A stretch of DNA of 15,805 nt, taken from contig NW_021825365.1 of assembly GCF_006345805.1 (NCBI RefSeq), forward strand, positions 1-15,805. Direction: 5' to 3'. Source of the DNA: Octopus sinensis. Taxonomy: Eukaryota. A program made the position numbers and the translations under genes. The stretch's first letter is position 1. The number at the start of each line of letters is the position of its first letter. Of the stretch, positions 1 through 8,562 are shown piece by piece. The notes beneath the pieces were generated by a model, which was not told where the DNA came from, did no database searches, and saw nothing but the letters and a program-made list of their open reading frames with translations.

Positions 1-204
1 TGTTGGTATGTATGTATGTTTGTATGTATGTATACTGGTATTACCTGGCACAGAGGTATATATAATATATATATATAGACAGGAAATAGATAGGTAATGG
101 ACAGGTGAACAACTAGAAAGGCTGGTAGATAATACTTGTGCAGATAAAGCAATGTAGTGCACACCTCTGTCTGGCTGTCTGTCTGTCTGTCTGTTTGTCT
201 GTCT

Positions 205-240
<36 letters not shown>

Positions 241-260
241 CGTGCAAAACTACACACACT
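1..260. repeat. Compound microsatellites (GTAT)n, (TA)n, (TCTG)n, (TC)n, (CA)n
   Basis: Directly visible simple repeats. Confidence 0.9.
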
Positions 261-468
261 CGTTAGAAAAACACACGTACCTATGCTTACGTTATGGATC
301 TATGTATTCGGTGTATAGACGTGTGTGCATGTGGTTTCTGTGTGAACGGTATATATTAGGTAATATATTATGTGTATATCTGTATATTACAGCACAGTGT
401 GTATGATTTAATTCTAAATAAGAAATTATAATCAATCTATTTCGAAATATTTTGTAGTATGAAGGGGT

Positions 469-1169
469 GTGGCAAAAATAAATCAAGACAATGAGGTAGG
501 TGGCTTCTATATGGCCATATAAATTGTTAAAAATAGTCAAATATCCCTCAAATCACAATTTGCTGTCTAAAACAAACCAGGGGATCTCTGCAGTGTTGTT
601 TGACCTGCTGAAAAAATAGCTGTCAAATAACTCTCAAATCAATAAAAAAATCAAAACAAAGACAATAAAAAAATCAAGAAAAATAGTCAAATATCCTCAA
701 ATCACAATTGGCTGTCTTAAACAAGCCAGAGGATCTCTGCAGTGTTGTTTGACCTGCTGAAATAGCTGTCAAATAACTCTCAAATCAATAAAAAAAAATC
801 AAAACAAAGGCAATAAAAAAATCTAGAAAATGAGGTAGGTGGCTTCTATATGGCCATATAAATTGTTAGAAATAGTCAAATATCCCTCAAATCACAATCT
901 GCTGTCTTAAACAAACCAGGGGATCTCTGCAGTGTTGCTTGACCTGCTGAAAATAGCTGTCAAATAACTCTCAAATCAATAAAAAAATCAAGACAATGGC
1001 AAAAAATAAATCAAGAAAATGAAGTAGGTGGCTTCTACACAGCCATATAAATTGTTAAAAAATAGTCAAATACCCCTCAAATCACAATTTTCTGTCTTAA
1101 ACAAACCAGGGCATCTCTGCAGTGTTGTTTGACCTGCTGAAAATAGCTGTCAAATAACTCTCAAATCAA
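469..1169. repeat. Tandem array of about 4 units (150-190 bp)
   Basis: Anchor aaatagtcaaata recurs at 531, 681, 870 and 1060. All units share atctctgcagtgttg(t/c)ttgacctgctgaaa. Confidence 0.92.
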
Positions 1170-1327
1170 ACTCAATTGTCTTAAACTATACAAGAATTAG
1201 ATAATTTATTCTCAGGCAGCAGTCCCCACTTCCCACAAAAAAAAAAAAAAAACAGAAAAAGAAAAGGATGTATATGAAGGGATGGTCATAGCTGGAATGC
1301 CTTTGATTACCTTGAAGTATTTAGATG

Positions 1328-1460
1328 AACAAATCAATACCAGTACTTATATGTTTTTGTAAAAGTCTCTTTTGCTGGACTGCTAAGTTATGAGGATATA
1401 GACGAAGTATGCTAATTGTCAAGTGATGGTTGGGTTCAAACACACAAACACACACATTTA
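1328..1460 (-). mobile_element. Degenerate 3' half of SINE family A
   Basis: cagtacttat...gtctcttttgctggactgctaagt...ttgtcaag...caaacacac aligns by eye to 12996-13100. Confidence 0.6.
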
Positions 1461-1470
1461 TATATATTTA

Positions 1471-1803
1471 ACTGGTGGCATTCTGCTGGTTGTGGTGGCA
1501 AGGGTTCCGGTTGATCCGATTAATGGAACAGCCTTTTTGTCAAATTAATGTGCAAGTGGCTGAGTACTCCACAGACACGTGTATCCTTAATGTAGTTCTC
1601 AGGAAATTCAGCACAACACAGAGCGTGACAAGGCTGGCCCTTTGAAATATAGGTATTTCTCATTTTTGCCAGCTGAGTGGACTTGGAGCAATGTGAAATA
1701 AAGTGTCTTGCTCAAGGACACAACACATTGCTAGGAATTGAGCTCACAACCTTATGATCACGAGCTGAGCTGAATGCCCTAACCACTGAGCCATGTGCCT
1801 TCA
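1471..1803 (-). mobile_element. tRNA-derived SINE, family B
   Basis: Minus strand starts tgaaggcacaTGGCTCAGTGGttag (A box), then a decayed B box gagctcaattcc and the typical SINE central motif gtgtccttgagcaagacacttt. Confidence 0.8.
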
Positions 1804-1835
1804 CACACACACACTATATATATATATATATATAT

Positions 1836-2070
1836 AGGTGTAGGAATGGCTGTGTGGTTAGTAGCTTGCTTACGAACCACATGGTTCCGGGTTCATGTTT
1901 GACAACAGATGCTGGTGTATTTACGTCCCTGTAACTTAGTGGTTCAGCAAAAGAGATAGATAGAATAGGTACTAGGCTTACAAAGAATAAGTCCTGGGGT
2001 CGATTTGTTCGACTACAGGCGGTGCTCCAGCATGGCCACAGTCAAATGACTGAAACAAGTAAAAGAGTAA
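1836..2070 (+). mobile_element. SINE family A, internally deleted copy
   Basis: Head (tggctgtgtgg...ttccgggttca) joined at 1895/1896 directly to the 3' half (ttgacaac...gaaacaagtaaaagag); compare 14321-14766. Confidence 0.9.
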
Positions 2071-2253
2071 TATATACACATATAACATATACATATATAT
2101 ATATAATAATATATATATAATATATATATATATACATACCGTGAAGTATATTTGCCATCTAATGTGGCAGACCCATATGGCATGATGCTACTGTTGTTTA
2201 TAGCCAAAGAGAGACATCTCTTCCAGCTGGCTAATGACACACTGTCTGTGTCA

Positions 2254-2357
2254 TTAACCTGAAGATTGACTATAATTTTAATTCGAATTTGTTTCAATTG
2301 AATTTAAACTTAATTGTAATTCGAATTTAATTATAGCCATGAAACGTACGTAGTGTT
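2254..2357 (+). ncRNA. Hammerhead ribozyme-like motif (family 1) with long AT-rich stem II
   Basis: CTGAAGA 2259-2265; stem II tgactataatt...aattatagcca; GAAA 2341-2344; palindromic stem III ACGTACGT; GUA site after 2352. Stem I is weak (2 bp). Confidence 0.55.
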
Positions 2358-2607
2358 TTTACTTATTATATTATATTTATCATTCATTTTATACTTTTTG
2401 AAAAAAAAATTATATATATATATTTTTTATATATTATATTAATTATATATATCACTTGTTATTTATGTATTGGTTTATGTCTATCACTGTTTGAGTTGCG
2501 TAATAATGTTTTTCTCTAATTCATATTTATATAGTCATATGTGAATTTGATTTAATACTAAATTCCAATTGGTCCCTGTAAGTTTGGAGTTATACTCCCT
2601 AATATTA

Positions 2608-2610
2608 TAT

Positions 2611-2659
<49 letters not shown>

Positions 2660-2672
2660 TATATATATATAT
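2608..2672. repeat. (TA)n microsatellite
   Basis: Direct observation. Confidence 0.95.
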
Positions 2673-2725
2673 TTAGATATACATTATATATAAATAAAAA
2701 AAAAGCAGCAGGATATCCAGAGGTG

Positions 2726-2813
2726 ATGTAGTACGACAGTTTCATGCGACGCCATTTAATTGAACAATGCAATTATTACATCAATTTAAATGCAGAGCTA
2801 TCCTCAGCTGCAT
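2726..2813 (-). ncRNA. Hammerhead ribozyme-like motif (family 2), minus-strand arm
   Basis: Minus: atgcag CTGAGGA [long stem II] GAAA C tgtc GTA ctacat; stem I has one mismatch. Confidence 0.65.
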
Positions 2814-2846
2814 TAATAAATAGAATTCTATCTATTTTATTTATTT

Positions 2847-2934
2847 ATGTGGCTGAGGATAGTTCTGGATTTAAATTGATGTAATGATTGCATTGTTCAA
2901 TTAAATGGAGTTGCTTGAAACGGTTGTACTGCAT
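2847..2934 (+). ncRNA. Hammerhead ribozyme-like motif (family 2), plus-strand arm
   Basis: atgtgg CTGAGGA(2853-2859) ... GAAA(2917-2920) C ggtt GTA ctgcat; stem I is 6 bp with two G-U pairs; predicted cut after 2928. Confidence 0.68.
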
Positions 2935-3105
2935 CACCTCTGGATATCATGTTGCTTATTTTGAATTAGTCACTTTTCTTGAAACTATGCAGATAATTCT
3001 GCACTAATTTTTGGTGTCTCAACGTAGGTACCTAATTCATCTGAATCTCAATTATTTTGCTATATATAATATATATTTATATATATATATATATATTTAT
3101 ATATG

Positions 3106-3140
<35 letters not shown>

Positions 3141-3141
<1 letters not shown>

Positions 3142-3680
3142 GTATTTCATCTATCTTTACATTCTGAGTTCAAATTCCTGATGTCGATGTTGCCTTTCAT
3201 TCTCTCAGGGTCAATTAAATAAGTACCAGTTACACACTGGGGTCGATATAATCGACTTAATCTATTTGTCTGTCCTTGTTTGTCCTCTCTGTGTTTAGCC
3301 CCTTGTGGTTAGTAAAGAAATAAGTATTTCATCTATCTTTTCATTCTGAGTTCAAATTCCACGGAGGTCAACTTTGCCTTTCATCCTCTCAGGGTTAATA
3401 AATTAAGTACCAGTTGCATACTAGGCCAATCTAATCGACTGGGCCCCTGCCTCAAATTTTCTGTCCTTGTTTGTCCTCTCTGTGTTTAGCCCCTTGTGGT
3501 TAGTAAAGAAATAGGTATTTCATCTATCTTTACATTCTGAGTTCAAATTCCACCGAGGTCGACTTTGCCTTTCATCCTCTCGGGGTCGATAAATTAAGTA
3601 CCAGTTGCATACTGGGGTCGATCTAATCAACAGGGGCCCCTCCCTCAAATTTCCAGGCTTAGTGCCTAGAGCAGAAAATA
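3141..3680 (+). mobile_element. Three head-to-tail, 5'-truncated copies of SINE family C
   Basis: gtatttcatctatcttt..attctgagttcaaattcc starts at ~3142, 3324 and 3515. The shared central motif gcctttcatcct..ggggtcgataaa..agtacc also occurs in the copy with a head at 13639-13836. Confidence 0.85.
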
Positions 3681-4066
3681 AAAGAATCCCTATTGATCTT
3701 TACTATGTTGACATATTTCTGCGGCTTAATTTCAACATGATACTTAACACAATTACAATCTTATGCATTAACACTTTTGATACGAATCTGTGTTGGAAAA
3801 CTCCTTCATATTGACATAAATGCTATGTCAATCAACACGTAGGTACATTATCATTAGTACACATTGACATGCCACCCTATCAACACTGTATTCCAAGTAT
3901 GTGTTATTAAACTTGACAGATTAATAGCTTTGTAGAAATAAACAAATAAGAGACGTGGTTACATCCAAAATCTGTTCTTCTAAACAGGCTGCCAGTCAAT
4001 ATGATTAGTATTCCTCCTGGAGAAACTGAAATTTGAAACAAGCAGCCTGTATTATATATGTGTTAA

Positions 4067-4110
<44 letters not shown>
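4067..4110. repeat. (TG)n microsatellite
   Basis: Direct observation. Confidence 0.95.
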
Positions 4111-4114
<4 letters not shown>

Positions 4115-4119
4115 CTATG

Positions 4120-4201
4120 TTTCACTTCTTGAAGTCCTCGCTCTCTTGTCTATCAACCTTTTTCACTTCTCGAAGCCCTCGCTCTCTCGTCTATCAACCT
4201 T
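4120..4201. repeat. 41-bp tandem duplication starting a pyrimidine-rich tract (to ~4465)
   Basis: tttcacttc(t/c)gaag(t/c)cctcgctctct(t/c)gtctatcaacctt twice. Confidence 0.9.
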
Positions 4202-4464
4202 CGCGTATTCGCGGTGCACCCGCCCTTGCCCACCCCCACCACCAATACTGGATATCTCTATATTTTTGCTCCATCTATACTGGATGTCGCTTCTCCCACC
4301 ACCATTATAGGTGTCTACTCTTCGAACCCCCCTCTTCAATACGCTATTTCACCATGCATCACCCCTCTCGTGATATCCTACGTTCTACTTGTCTAGAACC
4401 TGTCATCGTTTCTCTCGAACACCCACCCCTCCACTGGTGCTCCCCTATATTTCTGCACCCCCCC

Positions 4465-4720
4465 CACATAAAAAGCACCATCCGAATGTGGCCGATGCCA
4501 GCACCGCCCCGACTGGCTTCTGTGCAGGTGGCACGTAAAAATCACCCACTACACTCGCGGAGTGGTTGGCGTTAGGAATGGCATCCAGCTGTAGAAACAC
4601 TGCCAGACCAGACTGGAGCCTGGGGCAGCCCCTGGCTCCCCAGACCTCGGTCGAAACCGTCCAACCGGTGCTAGCGCGGAAAACGGACGTTAAACGATGA
4701 TGATGATGATGATGTTGATG
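4465..4720 (+). mobile_element. SINE-like retroposon family D (3' part) with (GAT)n tail
   Basis: gagtggttggcgttaggaa(g/t)ggcatccagctgtagaaac...cggacgttaaacgatgatgat; homologous to 5191-5469, 9857-10080 and 10775-10890. The motif resembles RTE-associated SINE ends (recalled, not searched). Confidence 0.85.
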
Positions 4721-4841
4721 ATATATATACATATATATATGTATATACATAGACATATATACATATATATGTGACCGCGTGTGTACCGTTGGTGATTTTT
4801 TCCCCTCTGTCTTCCCTTCTCTGGATCTTTCCTTCTCCTAT

Positions 4842-4876
4842 GTTTCCGATGAAGGGCTCCGCTCGAAGCGTTAAAC
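4842..4876 (+). ncRNA. Degenerate minimal hammerhead motif (family 3) inside a short repeat spanning ~4771-5030
   Basis: gttt CCGATGA a gggc tcc gctc GAAG cgtt aaac: stems I and II pair, but the core has two substitutions (U4C, and GAAG for GAAA). Confidence 0.6.
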
Positions 4877-4959
4877 CCTCCTTCTTTCCTTCTTTCCTGA
4901 GCGTCCGGGCTCCGCTCGAAGCGTTAAACCCTCCTTCTTTCCTTCTTTCCTGAGCGTCC
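4854..4959. repeat. Perfect 53-bp tandem duplication
   Basis: 4854-4906 is identical to 4907-4959. Confidence 0.97.
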
Positions 4960-5190
4960 AATAATACTATATTTGTTCCACGTCCTCGCGTTGTTGTGTT
5001 TTTTTGTGCTTTCTTGTTTGGATTAACTTTATATATATATATATACATATATATCCGTAAATATATCCCTGGTTTATTGTGCTAGGTCGCTTGGTGTTAA
5101 AATAAGGGTATTATTGAATTAATATCTAAAATTTTTTTAACCCTCATTATTGAATGTATATATACATATATATATATGTATGTATGTATA

Positions 5191-5469
5191 TCATCATCAT
5201 CATTGTTTAACGTCCGCTTCCCAATTTAGCATGGGTCGGATGATTTGACTGAGGACTGGCTAACCAGATGGCTGCACCAGGCTCCAATCTTGATCTGGCA
5301 GAGTTTCTACAGCTGGATGCCCTTCCTAACACCAACCACTCCGAGAGTGTAGTGGGTGCTTTTACGTGCCAGTCAGGCGGTACTGGCAACGACTTCGCTT
5401 GAATGTTTTTTTCGTGTGCCACCAGCACAAGTGCCAGTAAGGCGACGCTGGTAATGATCACGCTCGAAT
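5191..5469 (-). mobile_element. SINE-like family D, minus strand
   Basis: (CAT)n-gtttaacgtccg...tttctacagctggatgcccttcctaac..caaccactc is the reverse complement of the family D motif. Confidence 0.85.
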
Positions 5470-5470
5470 T

Positions 5471-5755
5471 ATGCCTTGGGCTGACCAAAGCCTTGTGAGT
5501 GGATTTGGTAGACGGAAACTGAAAGAAGCCCATCGTATATATGTATATATATATATATAATATATACATATGTATGTGTTTGACCCCCCCAACATCGCTT
5601 GATAACTGATAGTGGTGTGTGTTTACGTCCCCGTAACTTAGCAGTCAGCAAAAGAGAATGGATAGAATAAGTGCTAGGCTTACAAAGAATAAGTCTGGGG
5701 TCGATTTGCTCGACTAAAGGCATGGCCACAGTCAAATGACTGATCAAGTAAAAGA

Positions 5756-5757
<2 letters not shown>
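5471..5757 (+). mobile_element. SINE family A, 5'-truncated
   Basis: gaccaaagccttgtgagtggatttggtagacggaaactgaaagaagcc...gtaaaagag; 11-bp deletion near 5720. Confidence 0.9.

Positions 5758-5810
<53 letters not shown>
5757..5810. repeat. (TA)n microsatellite
   Basis: Direct observation. Confidence 0.95.
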
Positions 5811-6388
5811 TGTGGTGATTCATTCTACATTGGAATATTGCATATTCTGACATAATAGAGCAAATGCAGTGACTCTTTGACCTTATATAATGGTTCACAA
5901 CCTTTTCTATGTACTGCATCCCTTAGAAATGTTTGATTAATTTTCACACCTACAATAAAACCAATTTCATATTTGAAGATGAAAAAAGTCAATTTTCTTA
6001 TAATTATTATTTTATTTATTTTTTAATTTTTTTAAAATTGAACCAAATACAATAATTGTGGAATACTAAAGTTTTTGCTGTGTTTAAAGAGAACAATGGT
6101 ATTTTCGAGAGATTTTAAACTCTAATTCAGGATACCGATTTTAATAAATTATATATTGGAGGTGTGTATAAGAGTTGTAGGTAACACCTTTACATCACAT
6201 GCTAACAGGATTTAAAAAAAAAGAAAAAAAAGGAGCTTTAATAACTTCTGTCTTTGATCTTCATAAGAAAGAAACAACATTCTTGAAATTCAAGTAAATT
6301 GGTTCCTGATATAAAATCTATTGGATAGCCATATTAACCCTTTCGTTACCGTATTTATTTTGAGATGCTCTGTGTTTCTTTCAATGAA

Positions 6389-6782
6389 TCTCTCTCTATA
6401 TATATAGCTGAAGTTGTCTGTGTATGGCAGGTTTGGTAGCCTTCAACTAACACTATCTCCTCCGAGACCCTGCGGCGCAAGTTGACCAAAATTCAGAGTA
6501 TGATAGAAGAAGGCTTGCTCTTCCTTCTGTAGAAGATAAAATTCAAATTGGACCATGTTAACACCAAAAATTATTTACATCCAAAAGGTGCTTTTTTTAT
6601 ATGAAAATCCCTATTTTTTACGATTTTTTGACTGCTGTGTTGCCATTTTTCAGTGTATTTCAACCAGAAAAATGTTCACTTAAAGAGAATAACAAACTAC
6701 ATAATGCAAAATTTTTACTTTTCAAAAATTCCAATTAAAAAGGGTTGAAACAAACCTGAGCAACGCCGGGCGATACTGCTAG
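6389..6782 (+). mobile_element. Non-autonomous Helitron-like element
   Basis: Begins TC after host A (6388) and ends CTAG (6779-6782) before host T. GC-rich hairpin cctgagcaacgccggg (6755-6770) lies 8 nt before CTAG. No TSD. Confidence 0.78.
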
Positions 6783-6823
6783 TTTCAAATATAACAAAGA
6801 ATTGAGTAAAATAACTTAGCTAT

Positions 6824-7003
6824 AGGCACAGGAGTGGCTATGTGGTAAGTAGCTTGCTTACCAACCACATGGTTCCGGGTTCATTCCCACTGCGTGGCAC
6901 CTTGGGCAACTGTCTTCTACTATAGCCTCAGGCCGACCAAAACCTTGTGAGTGGATTTGGTAGACGGAAACTGAAAGAAGCCTGTCGTATATATATGTAT
7001 ATA

Positions 7004-7043
<40 letters not shown>

Positions 7044-7258
7044 GTTTGTGTGTCTGTGTTTGTCCCCCTAGCATTGCTTGACAACCGATGCTGGTGTGTT
7101 TACATCCCCGTCACTTAGCGGTTCGGCAAAAAAGACAGATAGAATAAGTACTGGGCTTACAAAGAATAAAGTCCCGGGGTCGATTTGCTCGACTAAAGGC
7201 GGTGCTCCAGCATGGCCGCAGTCAAATGACTGAAACAAGGAAAAAAGAGTAAAGAGAG
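6824..7258 (+). mobile_element. SINE family A, full length (tRNA head, CORE-like motif, internal microsatellite)
   Basis: A box tggctatgtgg, B box ggttcattccc, CORE-like ggcaccttgggcaa, tail aaagag; probable TSD agctat (6818-6823) / agttat (7259-7264). Confidence 0.93.
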
Positions 7259-7479
7259 AGTTATCATTAAGCTAGTGTTAGGAACATAAATTATGACTAA
7301 GGTTTGGAGTGGAAGATTTTAATTCAAAACTTATGAAAACTAGACATTTGTACTAGAGAGCCAGAGGCGGTTTCAGTCCGGTAGGTAATGAAAGAGTTAA
7401 ATGTGTTACTCCTGTCTCATCCAGTTCTAAGTTGACTGTTGACCATTAGCCTTTGGCCAAACATCCACTATTGTCCAAG

Positions 7480-7827
7480 CAACCACTGATGCTGCCAATG
7501 CAATTGCATCTGCTGTTGCTGAGGATGCTACCTTTACTGCTGCTGTTGCTGCTACTGCCTTAGTTGCTGCCACCACTACCCCTGGCTCTGCCGCTGCTGC
7601 CACTACCACTGCCATGGTGTTGCTTGTCACTGTTGCTGCTAATGCCTTTGTTGCTGCCACCACTACCTCTGACTCTATCATTGTTGCTGCTGCTGCCACC
7701 ACCATTGCTGTTACCAGGCCCCTGCTACTATTGCTTCCACCACCTCTGCTGCTGCCACTTTCACTGTTACTTCCACCACAACTTCCGCTTTTACATATGC
7801 CACCGCTTCTGCAACTACTTCCACTCC
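7480..7827. repeat. Degenerate trinucleotide low-complexity tract (GCT/CCA/CTA)n
   Basis: Repeated gctgctgccactaccact-like motifs; explains the Ala/Leu/Pro-rich ORFs in several frames. Confidence 0.85.
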
Positions 7828-8195
7828 TGCTGACAACTGATGTTGGTGTATTTCTCCGTCAGGGTTGCGGATCTGTGGAATAAGCTGCCGGATGAGATAG
7901 TGAAGATGCCGATGACCGCTCGGTTCAAATCTCTCTTGACCAGAAATGGCCTGAACTCTGCATGAACACCCTCCTTGTACATGTCCCCCTACATGGCCTT
8001 GCTTTTTGCTTTTTGAGCCAAAAAATTAACTTAACTTAACTTAACATCCCTGTAACTTACCAGTTCGGATAAAAGACCAATAGAATAAGTACTAAGCTTC
8101 CAAAGAATAAGTCCTAGGGTCAACTTGTTCGACTAAAGGCGGTGCTCCAGCATGGCTACAGTCAAATGACTGAAACAAATAAAAGAATAAAAGAA
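7828..8195 (+). mobile_element. 3' half of SINE family A, split by a LINE insertion
   Basis: tgacaactgatgttggtgtattt (to 7853) resumes as acatccctgtaactta at 8044. Confidence 0.88.
7852..8045 (+). mobile_element. 5'-truncated CR1/L2-group LINE: ORF2 C-terminus, 3' UTR and (TTAAC)4 tail
   Basis: Frame from 7852 reads FSVRVADLWNKLPDEIVKMPMTARFK, then after a frameshift SLDQKWPEL. This matches the CR1 ORF2 terminal motif FSxRVxxxWNxLPxxVV...FKxxLD. Confidence 0.85.
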
Positions 8196-8221
8196 TTATG
8201 CTATTTCTAGCAGATGGATAT

Positions 8222-8270
8222 CCACCACTGAGGATGAGCACAAGGAGCTTGAAACCATACGGTCTGGTGG
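8222..8270 (+). ncRNA. Type I hammerhead ribozyme (family 4), near canonical
   Basis: Stem I ccacca/tggtgg (6/6); CTGAGGA 8228-8234; extra U; stem II gagc/gctt; GAAA 8251-8254; stem III acc-atac-ggt; GUC site after 8264. Confidence 0.82.
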
Positions 8271-8416
8271 TCTTGTCACTGAAAGACAGTAGGGGTTCAC
8301 TCCCTTACATGCAATATTTATCAGGTGCAGATTGCATTGATTAATCACCTGGTGAAGGCGTTCTCCTGGAGTTAAAACAGTAGTAATTCATATTTGTCCT
8401 CATCTTGTTTGTTGTT

Positions 8417-8462
8417 AACACAACATTTCGGCAGATATACCCTCCAGCCTTCTTCAGGGGTC
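8417..8462 (-). ncRNA. Minimal hammerhead motif (family 5)
   Basis: Minus: gaccc CTGAAGA a ggctg..ctgcc GAAA tgtt gtgtt. The vestigial stem III (AAYGTT palindrome) is typical of Penelope minimal hammerheads. Predicted cut at 8422/8421. Confidence 0.7.
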
Positions 8463-8511
8463 TTGGGGAAATTTTGAACCTGGGTTCTCATTCCTAAGGT
8501 ATTTATCGATG

Positions 8512-8528
8512 TTATTATTATTATTATA

Positions 8529-8561
<33 letters not shown>
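8512..8561. repeat. (ATT)n microsatellite
   Basis: Direct observation. Confidence 0.95.

Positions 8562-8562
<1 letters not shown>

Larger units (their letters stand above)
2703..3050. mobile_element. Penelope-like non-autonomous repeat with ~115-bp inverted arms (2703-2820 / 2840-2957)
   Basis: Arms are reverse complements and each holds a hammerhead motif. The right arm plus downstream sequence recurs at 14105-14310. Confidence 0.7.
6338..7396. mobile_element. piggyBac-type MITE (~225 bp once two nested insertions are removed)
   Basis: TTAA at 6334-6337 and 7397-7400; 13-bp TIRs ccctttcgttacc / ggtaatgaaagag (11/13 match). Confidence 0.8.

Noticed and set aside
469-1169. Regular repeats that might suggest a CRISPR array
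   Set aside because: Whole units repeat with no unique spacers; eukaryotic context and no cas genes
4033-4575. Longest ORF (180 aa)
   Set aside because: Runs through (TG)n, a pyrimidine-rich repeat and a SINE; no recognisable protein motif
5250-5275. CTGAGGA followed by hairpin ctgg-ctaa-ccag
   Set aside because: No GAAA or NUH follows; it is part of SINE D
6131-6181. Possible micro-exon (cag|GATACC...TGTAG|gtaac)
   Set aside because: Weak polypyrimidine tract; such AG/GT pairs are common by chance
7427-7883. Ala/Val/Thr-rich and Leu/Pro-rich ORFs resembling antifreeze or mucin-like proteins
   Set aside because: Degenerate trinucleotide tract open in multiple frames; no domain or convincing splice context
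8346-8384. cac-CTGGTGA-a-ggc...gtt-AAAA-c-a-gta-gt hammerhead-like spacing
   Set aside because: Two core mismatches and marginal stems; cannot be separated from chance without a family consensus
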